Of a stretch of DNA of 64,000 nt, positions 12,860-25,479 are shown piece after piece. Made by a program: the position numbers and the translations under genes. Within the stretch, counting starts at the first letter, position 1, and each line of letters starts with the position of its first letter. The notes under the pieces were generated by a model. That model did no database searches. It worked only from the letters and a program-made list of their open reading frames with translations, and was not told the origin of the DNA. This DNA is from Octopus vulgaris (Eukaryota): the NCBI GenBank assembly GCA_951406725.2, contig OX597829.1, positions 34,596,001-34,660,000 on the forward strand, in the 5' to 3' direction.

Positions 12860-13845
12860 GAAATGATGAAAGCACATTTGCCATTGTTACTAATTGTGAG
12901 AAAGATGTGTAGAAGAGCTAATAAAAGAGGCTGTTGAATGTGGAGAATACGTGGGATAAAGAGGAGCTACTTCAGGCTGACTACAGAGACAACAGCAATT
13001 CAAATTGACAGCAGTGTGTTAAGCAGAGTGATTATGGACATGAACACGGGGAAAACTGTTGGGCCATAAGGAATAATCATTGAGATGTTCAAAATATCTG
13101 TAAAGGTAGGACACATGATAATCACTTGAATAGTTAATCTGCTTATACAGGTTGTTGTCATACCCAACACCGAATGTAGCAATATCATTGCAAACTGCAA
13201 CAAGTGCTAAGGAAGTGCTATAGAGGCAGGAAATTATAGGCATCATGTTGCTATCCGTGGGAATTCTTATATGCTGTTGAATCTAATTTACATAGTTAAA
13301 TTTACAGAAAAATTAGAGGCGAAATTTCAGGTTGTAAGCAAAACATAGAACCGAGAAGCCTCAAGGTGAACTTAGTAAAGACTAAGGTTTTAGCAAGTAG
13401 GGACGAATACAGGAAATGGTCTTGCTCAAAATGCATAAAAAGAGGTGTAAACTCTTTGTGTAGTACCCATTGTAAGGACACACAACTGTACTGGAATCAC
13501 AGGCTGACTCACTAAAAGCAGTCGAGAGCTCTTGTTACCTAAGTAACATAATTAGCAAGGGAGATGGTTGTTCAGAAAGTATAGTAGCCAGGTTAATGAA
13601 GTAACGAAGATCTTTTTTCCACCGAATAACAGGTAGATTGTATGATGCTTGTGTTAGAACTGCGATGTTACTCAGTAGTCAGACGTAAGTTTCAAATATA
13701 GATTTGCGAAGGTGGGAAAGAAATCAGACAAATATGCTCCGATGGATGTGTAATATTAGTATGCACCCAAAACAAGGTAACTCGGACCATGACAATCTGC
13801 CAAACTCAAACCAGCATGGAAAACAGATGTAAAATTATGATGATA
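12860..13845 (+). mobile_element. Heavily degraded, internally deleted RTE LINE
   Basis: Recognisable diverged blocks of the 47.7-52.4 kb element (RLLNVENTWDKE-like, GGTAGATTGTATGATGCTTGTGT). Ends AGCATGGAAAACAGATGTAAAATTATGATGAT. Confidence 0.75.
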
Positions 13846-14569
13846 TTTATGATTATACATATGATATATATATACGCGCATGCGTGAGTACATAGAATTA
13901 CAACACTTATCAGAAGAAGCGAGGCGACTAGCTTACACCGCGAGGGAGAAAGCAGAATGGTGGGATCATGAAGTTTGCCGATTGTAGCATGACAAAAGCG
14001 ACGTCTCGCCTACAACCATGTTTGCCATGCGCGAGACCACAGCGAGGTTCTCATGGGCAACATCTATTTAAGAAGGCGTATTAAGGTGATTCTCTCTCTT
14101 GCGTTCGCGCTCACGCTGAGCAACAGTGCAAACTGGCAGCTCACAGCAGATTCTTGTCCTGCTCTAAATTTCCCCGATTATCTCCAGAGGTAATGTACCT
14201 CACGTGAACGGAGCTATAACGAGCCATGCGCTGCCATACAGATGGTCGCCGGGAGCGAGCCCCATGAATGAGAACTAAATAAACAACCATTGAATTGCAG
14301 CCGCTTGTAAGCTTCTTCTTTCGAGTTCCAGATCCTAAGACCACAGAAAATAATTGTAATGGGAGAAGGAGATACTCTGCAGGTATCATGAACCTTCGAG
14401 TGCCATTATACGATCTTCTGTGACTTGAAGACTAGAGGTATGAGGCGTTCCCAGACCAGAGGGAATCATGATGTTTGGTGAGAACCTTTTATCTATCAGT
14501 CCTTCAGTCCAAAACAAAGGAATTTAAGACGAGATAACCATGAGATTTCTATGTGGTACTGACCTCGTT

Positions 14570-14583
14570 ATATATGAAACTCA

Positions 14584-14640
<57 letters not shown>

Positions 14641-14645
14641 AGTGA

Positions 14646-14712
<67 letters not shown>

Positions 14713-14825
14713 TGTGTAAACCTGCATAGCTTCTGAAGTTCGCGACTGATTTTCTCCAAACTGGGAACATACATTACTTATGTTCTAGAGATGGTTTTAG
14801 ATTCTTAAAAATCTTTCACATAATG
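14570..14825 (+). mobile_element. Possible Helitron-like 5' fragment with (TG)n microsatellite
   Basis: ATATATGAAACT-(TG)n-...GATTTTCTCCAAACTGGG resembles the 5' architecture of the Helitrons in this window. No 3' CTAG end was found. Confidence 0.3.
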
Positions 14826-15211
14826 AGTAATGTGGCCTCTGGAGGGAGAGAACACCCTTTCCCGTGGTAGTACGACTTCTGTGGAGAAGGGAGGTATCTC
14901 TTTAAAAGTAACTTTCAGGAATTGATTGCCTCTCTTACATCCAGTACGATTAGTCTGCGACTGAAATGATATAAGTAGGTTGTATTGAATGGATAAACTG
15001 ATGTAGACTTCAAATTGCGTTGTATAAGTGGTAGCAATAATAGCCTGTTCCCGTAGTACTATAGGTAGCAATTTGTTGGAATAAAAACCGTTTGGAACAC
15101 ACTATGCTAAAATATGTTAAATCCTGAGCAACTATTCAACTATTTTCTTTTAACTTCAGTATCAAAACCTTCCTTCTAAGCATAGACAAAGCCCATACAA
15201 ATATTCTTCAG

Positions 15212-15617
15212 TTTGCTCTTTTACTCTTTTACTTGTTTCAGTCATTTGACTGCGGCCATGCTGGAGCACCACCTTTAGTCGAGCAAATCGACCCCGGGAC
15301 TTATTCTTTGTAAGCCCAGTACTTATTCTATCGGTCTCTTTTGCCGAACTGCTAAGTGACGGGGACGTAAACACACCAGCATCGGTTGTCAAGCAATGCT
15401 AGGGGGACAAACACAGACACACAAACACACACACACACATACACATATATATACATATATACGACAGGCTTCTTTCAGTTTCCGTCTACCAAATCCACTC
15501 ACAAGGCATTGGTCGGCCCGGGGCTATAGCAGAAGACACTTGCCCAAGATGCCACGCAGTGGGACTGAACCCGGAACCATGTGGTTGGTTAGCAAGCTAC
15601 TTACCACACAGCCACTC
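15212..15617 (-). mobile_element. tRNA-derived CORE-like SINE (third family)
   Basis: Near-identical reverse complement of 39812-40212: tRNA-like head, CTTGGGCAAGTGTCTT core, internal CA/TA tract and AAGAGT-type tail. Confidence 0.88.
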
Positions 15618-15999
15618 ATTGATTATAACCCGAAATATGGCATGTACAATAACCCACTAATTTATTGTGTCTAAGACCCAACCACGTTAGTTAGAGACCG
15701 TGTCCTTAATGTGATCTTGTGTGCCTGGATGCCATATGCAGAATTGTTTCCGTTTGGGTGCTGAGTTGTCTTCACAATGGTCGCACGCTGTTTACGCGAA
15801 GGAGTGTACGGTTGGGCCACAACTAAAACTGAAATATCGCATGACAGCGTTGTTTTCAAGCGCTTCCTTGCCAATCCCTCAACATTACCACGTCATGTAT
15901 ATTTCTCTCATGCGGTGTAGTTGAGCGCACCCACAGGCTTAATTTATCATACAGTACCAACCTCTCACACAGCACCAACCACTGCTATTATAACCCAGT

Positions 16000-18440
16000 G
16001 CACAACCATACACCATTGCTGTGATTAACCCACTAACTCAACTCAATAATAATGCCAAATGCACAAGGTCTTTCACACTCCACAAATGGAACAAAAGTAT
16101 CATATTTTAGAGACCTTGTCCAGTGAGAAAAACAATATGTATAACGCTAAGTGAAGCGTACCTGACCCCAGATATATTGGATGCAAAAGTACATATGTCA
16201 GGTTATGTACAGCTATCTTCATCCATGAAGACCTGGTGACAAATGTCCACCTCTCTCACTCTAACACAGTGTGCGATACACTAATAATACATATTGTTGT
16301 GAATGGTCAGGGACACCTCTATGACCTACTTTGCTGGCTTGGAGACAGAAAGTCTGGAATGCAAAGTTATAGTCCTTTGTTTTGGGAAGAGTAATGGCTT
16401 TTGGAAGGACCCCTACCCTTTTGCTGGTCAAGGAAAGTTCGTTCTAAACACCCCTTAAAAGGAAGAGCTGAGAAAGACAGATTAAGGAATCTGGGAGCTG
16501 TCATGAGAGAGTGACAGTGACAGCGTAGAGGAGGACAGACAGATGGTATTGCAGAGCTAGGAGAGAGAGTGACAGTGACAGCGTTGATGAGGACAGGCAC
16601 ATAGGACTAAGCGGCGATAGAGAGAGTATTAGAGCTAAGAGAGATTGGGGGTGGTGACAGAGAAAGAGGTTTTGGCAGTCGGTATTTGGAAGTCAAGGCG
16701 AGCGGTTGGATTTAGCGGTGAGGATTTGGTATTCAGGGCAAGCAGTTTAGCAGTTGGATTTAGCAGTGCTAAGAGAGATGAGGTACAATATGAGACATTG
16801 GCTTTTATAGCAGGAACTGAACGGTATGTGTTATTGTTGTATTAATATGTGAAGAGAAAGAAGGAAAAAGAATCGATGTATTGAAATGTAAAAGAAATGA
16901 GACAGTGAAAAGAACAATGTGAACTGTGTTGATTTGTGTACAGAGTTGTTAAGGCAAAAGAGAACTGTGTAATGAACATTGAACTGTATAGGCCTTTAAT
17001 GTCCTTTGAACTGTAACTTTAATGTGATTTGAAACAGAACTGTTGTCTCCGGACTGTTATATTGTATCTGCATGTTTAAATGCTTTGATCTGTGGTATAC
17101 CTGTATGATGTATTGAGTTGTTGTTTAATTCGACGTGTCCTCTTTAAATGTATCTGATATGTATTTGATGTTGTAACAATTATTAAGTGTTATAAACTAG
17201 TTGTTAAACGTAGCCAATTGCCTTGCCCTCTTTGTGTCTCTCTCGATTGCCTCTGTGTCTCTTCTTGCGGCTGCTGCTGCTGTAGTTGTTGTATCTCTCT
17301 CCTCTTTGAGTTTCCGTGGCGAACATTCGCAGATCGAACGGGCCTGTGTGAGGGATTCCGCAACAGATTTCGTTCTTCGGAGGTCCCCTCGTAACAATAT
17401 GATTAACCTCAATTTGATCATAGGCATTACCTGTTGTCTCTAACTACGAAATCATTTCAAAGATGCTTTGTCGCTCATAAGTCAAACGTTAAATGAGGCC
17501 AGTCCACAGGCCAATGTATTTTAGCAGGGGACTTTAATTTTTCTTTGTCTCAGTTAACTTGAGGGCTACATCCAGCCTGGAATTAAACAACTGAACAGGA
17601 GAGATATGAATGTTCTTCTCGATACCACTTAAGACTTACTCATGCAACAAATCATTACCCATCCAACTGGGGGAAATAACATACTCGACCTAGTCTTTAC
17701 CACAATATTCAGGTCCTTCCTACACCTAAATCTGATCACAACATTATACAATTATCTTTATATGGTTCAAAGAGGGTAACACACACAAATAATATCTAAC
17801 ATGATTCACTCCACATGAAGGAAATCAAAACTGAAATCCTTAAACAAACTGGTCTCAGCATATTGACTCCTCAATCTTAACGATGGAATGAAGTTTCTGT
17901 ATGAAGAGTTAATCAGGATCTGTTGAAAGCATGCCCCATAAAAATACGCCTACTCCCACAAGCACTTGATTCCGAGAAATAGACAGACACTAATGTATCA
18001 TAGAACCAAACCAACAAAACAACTAAAAAAGAAAAAAGTTTCTCGGCTGATGTGATTGAGAAAGTATCAGTTTGGTCTCCCAGGCATACTGCTAAAAATG
18101 AGCAAAAGCAGCCCCGTGAAACCATTATATATACTATTTCAAAAGTCGTCAGTCCTGTTTCTCTCAAATCTCACATGCCTAAAATTATCAAACGCATTGT
18201 TTGAAATTGAATTAGTGCATACCTTGTGGAAAACAACCTCGTAGATGACATACATCATAGTTTTGGGACTGGACGAAGTTGCCTTTCACAACTACTAATA
18301 ACGCCATAACACTGTTCTTAATAATCTCTTGAGAGGAAAGGACACTGATTGTATATACCTTGATTTTGTCAAGGCGTTCGACAAGATTGTTCATGGAATC
18401 ATCTGCCATAAGTTAAGGAATCTTGGTATTACAGGAACTG
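16000..18440 (+). mobile_element. Degraded CR1/L2-type LINE (APE plus RT start), split by a solo LTR
   Basis: Fragments TLSEAYLTPDILDA (~16145), GDFN (~17530), HPTGGNNILDLVFT (~17660), SDHN and YLDFVKAFDKIVHGIICHKLRNLGITG (18329..). Confidence 0.75.
16295..17396 (+). mobile_element. Solo LTR (family B) with ATAT TSD
   Basis: TGTT...AACA termini with ATAT at 16291-94 and 17397-400. Shares blocks with 23935-24930. Host LINE reading resumes after it. Confidence 0.85.
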
Positions 18441-18512
18441 CTACTGAAACATTAAACATGTTTATTGATATTATATGTGATTGCTCTGGCATAGAACAAG
18501 AATCAATTATTC

Positions 18513-18701
18513 TTTTCTACTCTAGGCACAAGGCCCAAAATTTTGGGGGAGGGGGGGCCAGTCGGTTAGATTGACTCCAGTACGCAACTGGTACTTAATT
18601 TATCGACCCCGAAAGGATGAAATGTAAAGTCGACCTCGGCTGAATTTGAACTTAAAACGTAAAGACGGCGTGCTAACGTTTCTGCGCTAGCTCGCCGCCT
18701 T
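18513..18701 (-). mobile_element. SINE related to 7073-7309
   Basis: GTACTTAATTTATCGACCCCGAAAGGATGAAA...TGCTAACGTTTCTGC...GCTCGCCGCCTT. Confidence 0.8.
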
Positions 18702-18789
18702 GAACAAGAATCAATTATTGCTGTTATGTTTCTGAAAACGAGGATGTTCACGAAGATTTTCTCCTGACTACACTTTAGAGACACTAACT

Positions 18790-19456
18790 CAGGTTATTCT
18801 GGATGTTTTTTTGTTGTCTAAACATTGAGCTGGGCTCAAAATTATACTGCATATGCCTTTGATGGTGCATGTACTACGAGCGGGCACATTTCAAACATAC
18901 AAAAGAGATGAAAAGATATGTTTCCTGGTACATATTTTGTGTACTGCGGAAACCACTCTCTGGACCTTGTCCTCCAAGAAATTGGATCTACGGTTGCCAT
19001 GGTCAATGATGCATTAAACTTTGTTCACCAAATCACCATTCTTCTGAAAGCGCTATGGACCAGCCTTTGTGATGAGAATGTCATCATGTTGGAAGCCTGA
19101 GTCTGTTGCATCAAGCGAGAGACTGTTCAGCAAACTTTGCTGTTTGAAGACCTGACTCTGCACCACACTGATGCAACCCCGTTTGACACACTGTGCTGTA
19201 ATGCATATATATAAAAACTTGTGCAATGAAAGCACTTTGGAATCCTCTTGTAAAACTTCATCGCCAAAACAAGCAAGAGTAGAAAATTTTTTGGAATGAT
19301 CTGAAGCATTACTTTTCCATATATAATAATAAAAAAAATATTATTATACCCGTGTTTGTTTTGATATTAAGACTGAAAAATAATCGGCCTTGTTTGTAAA
19401 AAAAATTTAGACCTGATTTTGCACCTCGTAATCAAATTTCATTCCAGGGTCACTGA
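18790..19456 (+). mobile_element. hAT transposase remnant with possible right end
   Basis: Reads AYAFDGACTTSGHIS...FVYCGNHSLDLVLQE (hAT DGA..SG and CxxH motifs). Ends in CACTG at about 19456. Confidence 0.7.
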
Positions 19457-19606
19457 TAGGCAGGATCTCTGAGTTACACAATAAGTCCAAGTTGGCAGTT
19501 GAGGATTCCCATCAAAGCCGTTCCCAGAGGTTAAGGTAAAATAGTTTTCACTCTTTAAATTACAAGTTATTTCAGCGCCCTTTTACTTTCATCAATGTTC
19601 GACATG

Positions 19607-20280
19607 GTAACGAAAATAAGGATTGGCAGCGATGTTCTCAGGCCCATTTCTGGTGAAGGTGGTCCGGATTAAAAAAGTAAAGCTTGTTGTTAAGTTGCTA
19701 GCGAGCCTCATACTACTATGCCAGGAAGGAAGTGCCCTGAATTTGTATCTGGAGAAAGACGAGTCGAACCAAAGAAAGATTGAGAAGATCAAGGAGTGAT
19801 TAAAAGGCACATACATGGAAAGAACGTTCAAGCCACACTACAAGCTAGGGGGAGGTGGTGGAATGGATGAGAGAAGAAGTGTACCACTGTGTAAGCGAGA
19901 TTAGAAATCTAGCTACATTTGGCGTTTGCGACTAAATTTGCCGACCATATCCCGTTGAGGCTGCAGCGGCTGCTAGAGATCGTGACGATAACAGTGGGTC
20001 TTTTGGTGGAAGTAACAAGAGTATGGACGTAGAACGTCACCTGTAATGTTGCAGTGATAGCGAGGTCCAGTAGAACGAAGGCCGTGAAACAAGTTGTACA
20101 GCAGATACGGTTCTTCAAGGGACATTGTTTCCGGTGTCGAGGTTTGCACATGATCAGGGAGTGTAAAGAGCCGAAGTCCAAAGAGGTTTGCAACTTCGGT
20201 GTGACTATGCTGGTCGTATAATAATACACTGGAGTTAAGGAAAAGAGGAAGTGAAGGCTACTACGGTTGTAATCAACCAA
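19607..20280 (+). mobile_element. Gypsy-type gag remnant
   Basis: Decayed RPISGEG..IKKVKLVVKL..ALNLYLE-like N-terminus and a zinc knuckle CFRCRGLHMIREC (~20123-20165). CA-TGG (LTR end/PBS-like) lies just upstream. Confidence 0.65.
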
Positions 20281-20544
20281 GTTAAGGCTGTCTTGTATTC
20301 GATATCTGTGTAACAGTAAAAATTTGTAACGGCAGAGGTTGAGTTTGTTACTGTTGTAATTGATTTGTGAACATTAATATGGTGAGCAATAGTGTGGTAA
20401 ATGATAGTTGATACACAGCAGGATGGATGTAATCTGTTTGTAACAGTGGAAGTTTTTATGAATTTGTACGGTTGAAATTGATTTCGGGACGATTGAAATT
20501 CAATTTGTAAGCAATAATATGAAATGTCGGAGTCGTAATCAGTT

Positions 20545-21217
20545 TGTAAGGATAGGTTCTTCGTTGATTGCCATTATGTAAAGATGAAAGAACAGTGATT
20601 GAAGTTGTGAAGAAAATATTTATTTTACCGTTACATAATACAATACCTTACCTCGACGGGCAGGTGATGAAATTGTAGAGTATGCAAAGTAAAAAAGTTA
20701 ATTTCGGCCTGTATGTTCTTATTGTAGTAGTATGTTCTTATTATAATAGAGAGAGATATGGTAATGTGCAGAGAAGAGAAAGTGAGTTAGTGTGGGACGA
20801 AATAACTGCTCCGTTGGTAATTTACCATAGTTGTTCTCTTTGTACCCTTTTCTTTAGAGACGACGTTTGTTCAGCCGGTCAACCAGACTCCGTTCTCACT
20901 GAGTTGTCACCAAGTGACTAACTGATTTTTTCTCGAGGTTCTTGCTGTTATAACTATCCAGAAGGATTGACGTATCGTTGAGAACAATAGATTTCGTCGG
21001 TGATACTTGTTATCTTAATTCTAGCTTTTGGTGGAATAGAAGAGGTTAGAAGGATCAAGTGGTGAAGACATTATTTCGGCCTAGCTAAGGCATCTGGCAA
21101 ATGTAAACTGTCACAGAAAAACTATTGTTCCACCATGAGAAAAGTTCTGTTGAACTGTTACTTGAAATTTGGCTATGGTGGATCGAATCCACTTCATGCC
21201 TGCAATGATTCACTACA
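20545..21217 (+). mobile_element. LTR-like repeat (family A, copy 3)
   Basis: TGTAAG...CACTACA termini. Colinear with copies 1 and 2. Confidence 0.6.
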
Positions 21218-23067
21218 TCTGAAATAAATGTTTTTTGGAAGAAAGGAGAAGTGAGAGCCTTCCTGGACCCAGGCAACACATTAGCTCTGATGACTCTGAA
21301 GATGATCAATAGCTGGAGTGGAATAACTAGACTAAGGGCAACAAATAGATGGAAGATTAAGTGTAAATGCATTAGTATTGTGATAATGGCGGTACAGGGA
21401 ACGCTAATGAGGATTACAGGTGATAGTAGTCGACAAGGTTGCAGTTGACATGAAGGGAGTGGAATTTAGGATCTAATGAGCTGTGTATTGTGAGTATGCA
21501 GCGGAAGAAGATGGCCCTGAAATCGATGGATCGAACTCCAAAGGAATTCCACAGACAAATTTCGAAGACGAGGACTTCCGGGATGAGTTTAACGGCGAGT
21601 GATGGACAATGAAATGAATCTGGAAGAGCTCTCAATGTTAAAAATAAGATAAGCTGCAATGAGCATACCCAGAAATGGGTATGCAATTAGCATACCCAGG
21701 AGCAAGTTCGAGATAGAGGCGTACATATGGATTCAAAAGGATATATTGATCTCTTGGAAAGAGAAGGTAAAGAGAGATGTGTCTCCAATGACAACAGTGA
21801 TTCAACCAACGAAAGATCCGCTTTTTTTGTGTTAACCCCGACAAGATGCAACTGATGATTAAGACAATGAACATAGGGTATATGTTTTTCATATACGACG
21901 ACAAAGTGGGAGGGAAAACATTTGCCATGATGTAAGCTGTTTGGGGGAGCGTGAGAGTGGAGGACCTAGTAAAAGGAACATAGTACGTGCCCACATCAGG
22001 AAAAGGAATTTTGATAACAGTCAAGTTGTCAAGAAAGAAATCAGTCGAAATTAATCACACAACAGTTCTATTGGCCTTTAGCAGGAGTATCAATTAGAGA
22101 AAGAATGTAGTTTACAGTCATGTTTTGGAATCCACGCTTATATTGTCAATAGGATCTTGTCTCCCGGGCTTCCAACTGCCTTCAGGTATCAGTTCGCTGC
22201 GTAATGACTGTCTGATCAGATTAAGCCTGTTCTGTTTTTTAAACATCAATTTCACCTGCTATATATACCAGTTACTCTTGCCAACAACAAATCTGATTGG
22301 ATACACTTATGCTGACGTCATTACATCCATGAGTTGTCATCAACTTCAAAAAATTCCTACTTTTCAAAGAAAGCCATTAATCAGACTTTTACTGATGCCG
22401 TTCAAAGAATTCTATGTGCCTCATCATTGGTTAGATTTTTAAAAAATTATCTTATCAGTCAATCTAACAACTCGTGCTTTGTTGCTTACTAAATTCTTCG
22501 GTACTATTTATTATCTCACCCCCATTAAAATATTGGGTTATCTCCCCACATTTTATGAGAAATATCTGTTCTTTTGGTTATCTCCTTCAACTAAAAGAAT
22601 TATTGGATCCTTATTATTTAATCCTTAATAAAACAAACAAACAAAAAAAGTGATACAATGAAACCTCGTATTGAATCTGATAACATTTTTATAACAAATC
22701 ATATAAAAAGCTGAAAGGATTAATAACAATGAAAACTGAAAACATTAATAAATACGAAAACAAATAATTAAACATCTTAACAAATCATACCATGCCTATT
22801 AAGGAGGCCAAATGTTAACAACGTGTTGAAGTACTGAATCAAAAGAATCTAACTCTTTCAATCCAATCTCTTGTTGCCATATAAACTCAATTTTTTAGTG
22901 GGGAGATAAACCAGTTGGATCTTTACCTTTTGACCTACAGATTTAAAAAATAATTTTTTGTAACTAAACACTTTCAAACTTCGGACAGTGGGAGAATGTG
23001 TCCTATAAAACATGTTTTACTATTAGCATTTTTGAGAAAAACTTATATTTATGAAGTTATTTCACGT

Positions 23068-23417
23068 TTAAGTTATTGTATTACTGTAATTTCAACCAAT
23101 CAATGACGTGTATTCAGCTGAATAAAATTACTGCCGTTGTTTGTCAACAACAACTACCGGCGGTGTGTATTTCGTTTGTCACTGTTTTTTTATGACATCG
23201 TTCGTGCATTTGTACTGGTTATAAGGTTTTAGGGTTACGATTTAGGGTTAGGGTTTTAAGGTTAGTGTTGGGTTTTAGGGTTAGGGTTGTCATAAATAAC
23301 AGTGACAAACGAAATATACACCACCGGAAGTTCTTGTTGACGAACAACAGCAGTAATTTTATTCAGCTGAATACACGCCATTGATTTGTTGAAATTACCG
23401 AAATACGAGAACTTTAA
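23068..23417. repeat. Fold-back/MITE-like inverted repeat with TTAGGG-like spacer
   Basis: About 130-bp imperfect inverted arms (23068-23197 and 23288-23417) around degenerate TTAGGG repeats. Confidence 0.85.
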
Positions 23418-23619
23418 GATGTCGTTTGCAACGACACCCGAAAAGCAGATGGACATCGTGCCAAAATTTCCTAATTTCTTTATTGCTCATCATATACATC
23501 AGTAATGAAACACCTTCTTGGTTCAAAGCTCCTCGAAGTGGTTCTCTGAGTTTGAGAACATAAGTCAGCGCTTATGCAATAGAAATTTGCGTTCAATGAG
23601 AGAAGCAATTTATAAATTC

Positions 23620-23930
23620 AGAGTTATGTTACGAGATGAGAAAGAGATAGAATAAAAATTAGCTGATATGAAGGACATGAACAATAAATTGGAGGTATTG
23701 GCTAAAAACGAGGTCCTTTTGACAGGCAACAAACATATCAAGAAACATATGCAGAGATGTTTTAGACCAACAAAGTCGCAAATGTTAAGTAGCTGAGGTA
23801 GTTGATGAACTAAAAGATAGAGAGCATCGTTAAAACAATATCCTAATCATAGGACTGAGAGAAAAAAAAATGTGACGAAGATCCAAAAGAACATCGAGCT
23901 GATGTAACGGCTGTGAAAAAAAAATGTTTG
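23620..23930 (+). mobile_element. CR1-like ORF1 remnant
   Basis: VVDELKDREHR*NNILIIGLRE resembles the CR1 ORF1 R..N..I.G..E motif. Interrupted by the LTR at 23935. Confidence 0.45.
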
Positions 23931-23934
23931 ATAT

Positions 23935-24930
23935 TGTTATGACTGGGTCAATTTAAGGACAGTGGTTGCGACCTACTTTTGGAATAAATCCATTGTCCTG
24001 TCAGATTCAGGTGGATTGATTAGTTCTGGGGAGACCTGCGACCCTTTCAGGTGAAAGAAAGTTCGTGGAAGCACCCCTTTTAAAAAGCAGGAACTGTGAG
24101 CCTGTGGGGGACAGTCGGCCGGCAACTCTACGAGAGACGGGACAGTCGAGGACAGAGCAAGTTAGTAACAGGTTGTTTCTGCTGTGACAGAGGAAGACAG
24201 GCAGGGAAGATTAAGGAACTGAGAGAGATTGCGGCGAGAGGGCTTGGCGATTACGGTAGTAGTTTTCTGAAATTGTTGCAGACGGAAAAGAACGTCCGGT
24301 AAAGTTTTGTTTGTGTCTTTTGGTTGTTGTATTTTGAACTAAAAAGAGAATTGATGTGAAAAAAGAAGGAAAGAGTAAAAAGATAGAACAGTGCTAAAGA
24401 CTGGAAAAGAAATGAGATTGTAAAGACATTGTGAATTAAGGAAAAGAGTAGTTGAAATGTAAAAGAAAGGAGAAAAAGAGAAGGACTTTAATGTGATTTG
24501 GACATTGAACTGTATTGTTGTTTTGATTTGTATCGTGAACATTATTTGTTTGATTCGACGTGTACTGTTTAAATGCTTTGATTTGTTGTTTCTTGCATGT
24601 ATTTTCTTTGATTTATTTGATGTTGTAATAATTGTATAAACTGTTGTTAAATGTAGCCAATTGCCTTCCGCCGTCTCTCTCTGTATCTCTTCCTGTTTGT
24701 TGTTGTTGTTATCTCCAGTCACCGGTCCTGCCGGGTTCGCTGCCATCCCCACCGAGTCCTCTCTGTGTGGCGAATTCTCCGTTCGCCGCTTTTCTTCCCC
24801 CACCGAATTCTCTCTTTCCGTGGAGAACTTTCTACGATCGATCGGGCAGGTAAATCGTCGTCGCTCGACTTGGTAGGGTCCCGGGTTTGTCCCGAAGAGT
24901 TTGAGCGACGGCAGGTGGGATTCCGTAACA
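23935..24930 (+). mobile_element. Solo LTR (family B) with ATAT TSD
   Basis: TGTT...CGTAACA termini with ATAT at 23931-34 and 24931-34. Shared blocks with 16295-17396 include TATAAACT..TTGTTAAA.GTAGCCAATTGCCTT and ATTCGACGTGT. Confidence 0.85.
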
Positions 24931-25479
24931 ATATATTAAATGTAACTAAGAGCTATCTCAAAAGCAATACAACTTGGAAATAAAAGTGATACAAGCAAGG
25001 GAACACCTACATGGCTAGAAGCAAGTTTAGACGATATCATAATGAAAAATAAGTCTCTGATTGTACCAAAACACTTCTAAATGGGAGAATAAATACCGTA
25101 TTTGTCGGTAGATTGGACACATTTTTCTTTTTTTTTATGCATCAGAAAATTGCCCTGCGTCTAATGCAATCGTATAACGGATGGGTGATCGAGCGCCGTA
25201 GGCTAGGGAGCTCAACGAGCATACTGGGTAAGTTCCCTAGGCACAAAAATTGTTGCTAATAATAAAATAATGAAAACAAGCCAAATTATTACAGTAAATT
25301 GGCAACTGTTTGGAGCCTCGATAGCTGACAAAATATGGGAAGCGATGACTGCTACACTATGGAGTTCGATGGCCTGCTCTACAAGCTTGATCGTCATATG
25401 TCACACTTAATCGAGGTTCTCTTGATACATGTCTACTTTTCGTTACGTTAACAGAATTAATCTAAGTTGTCTTAATGGT

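Noticed and set aside
13870-14560. CpG-richer unassigned segment as a promoter or exon
   Set aside because: No recognisable motif or splice-supported ORF; probably an unrecognised TE fragment.
23225-23290. True telomere or chromosome fusion site
   Set aside because: Only a few degenerate TTAGGG units on one strand, enclosed in an inverted repeat.
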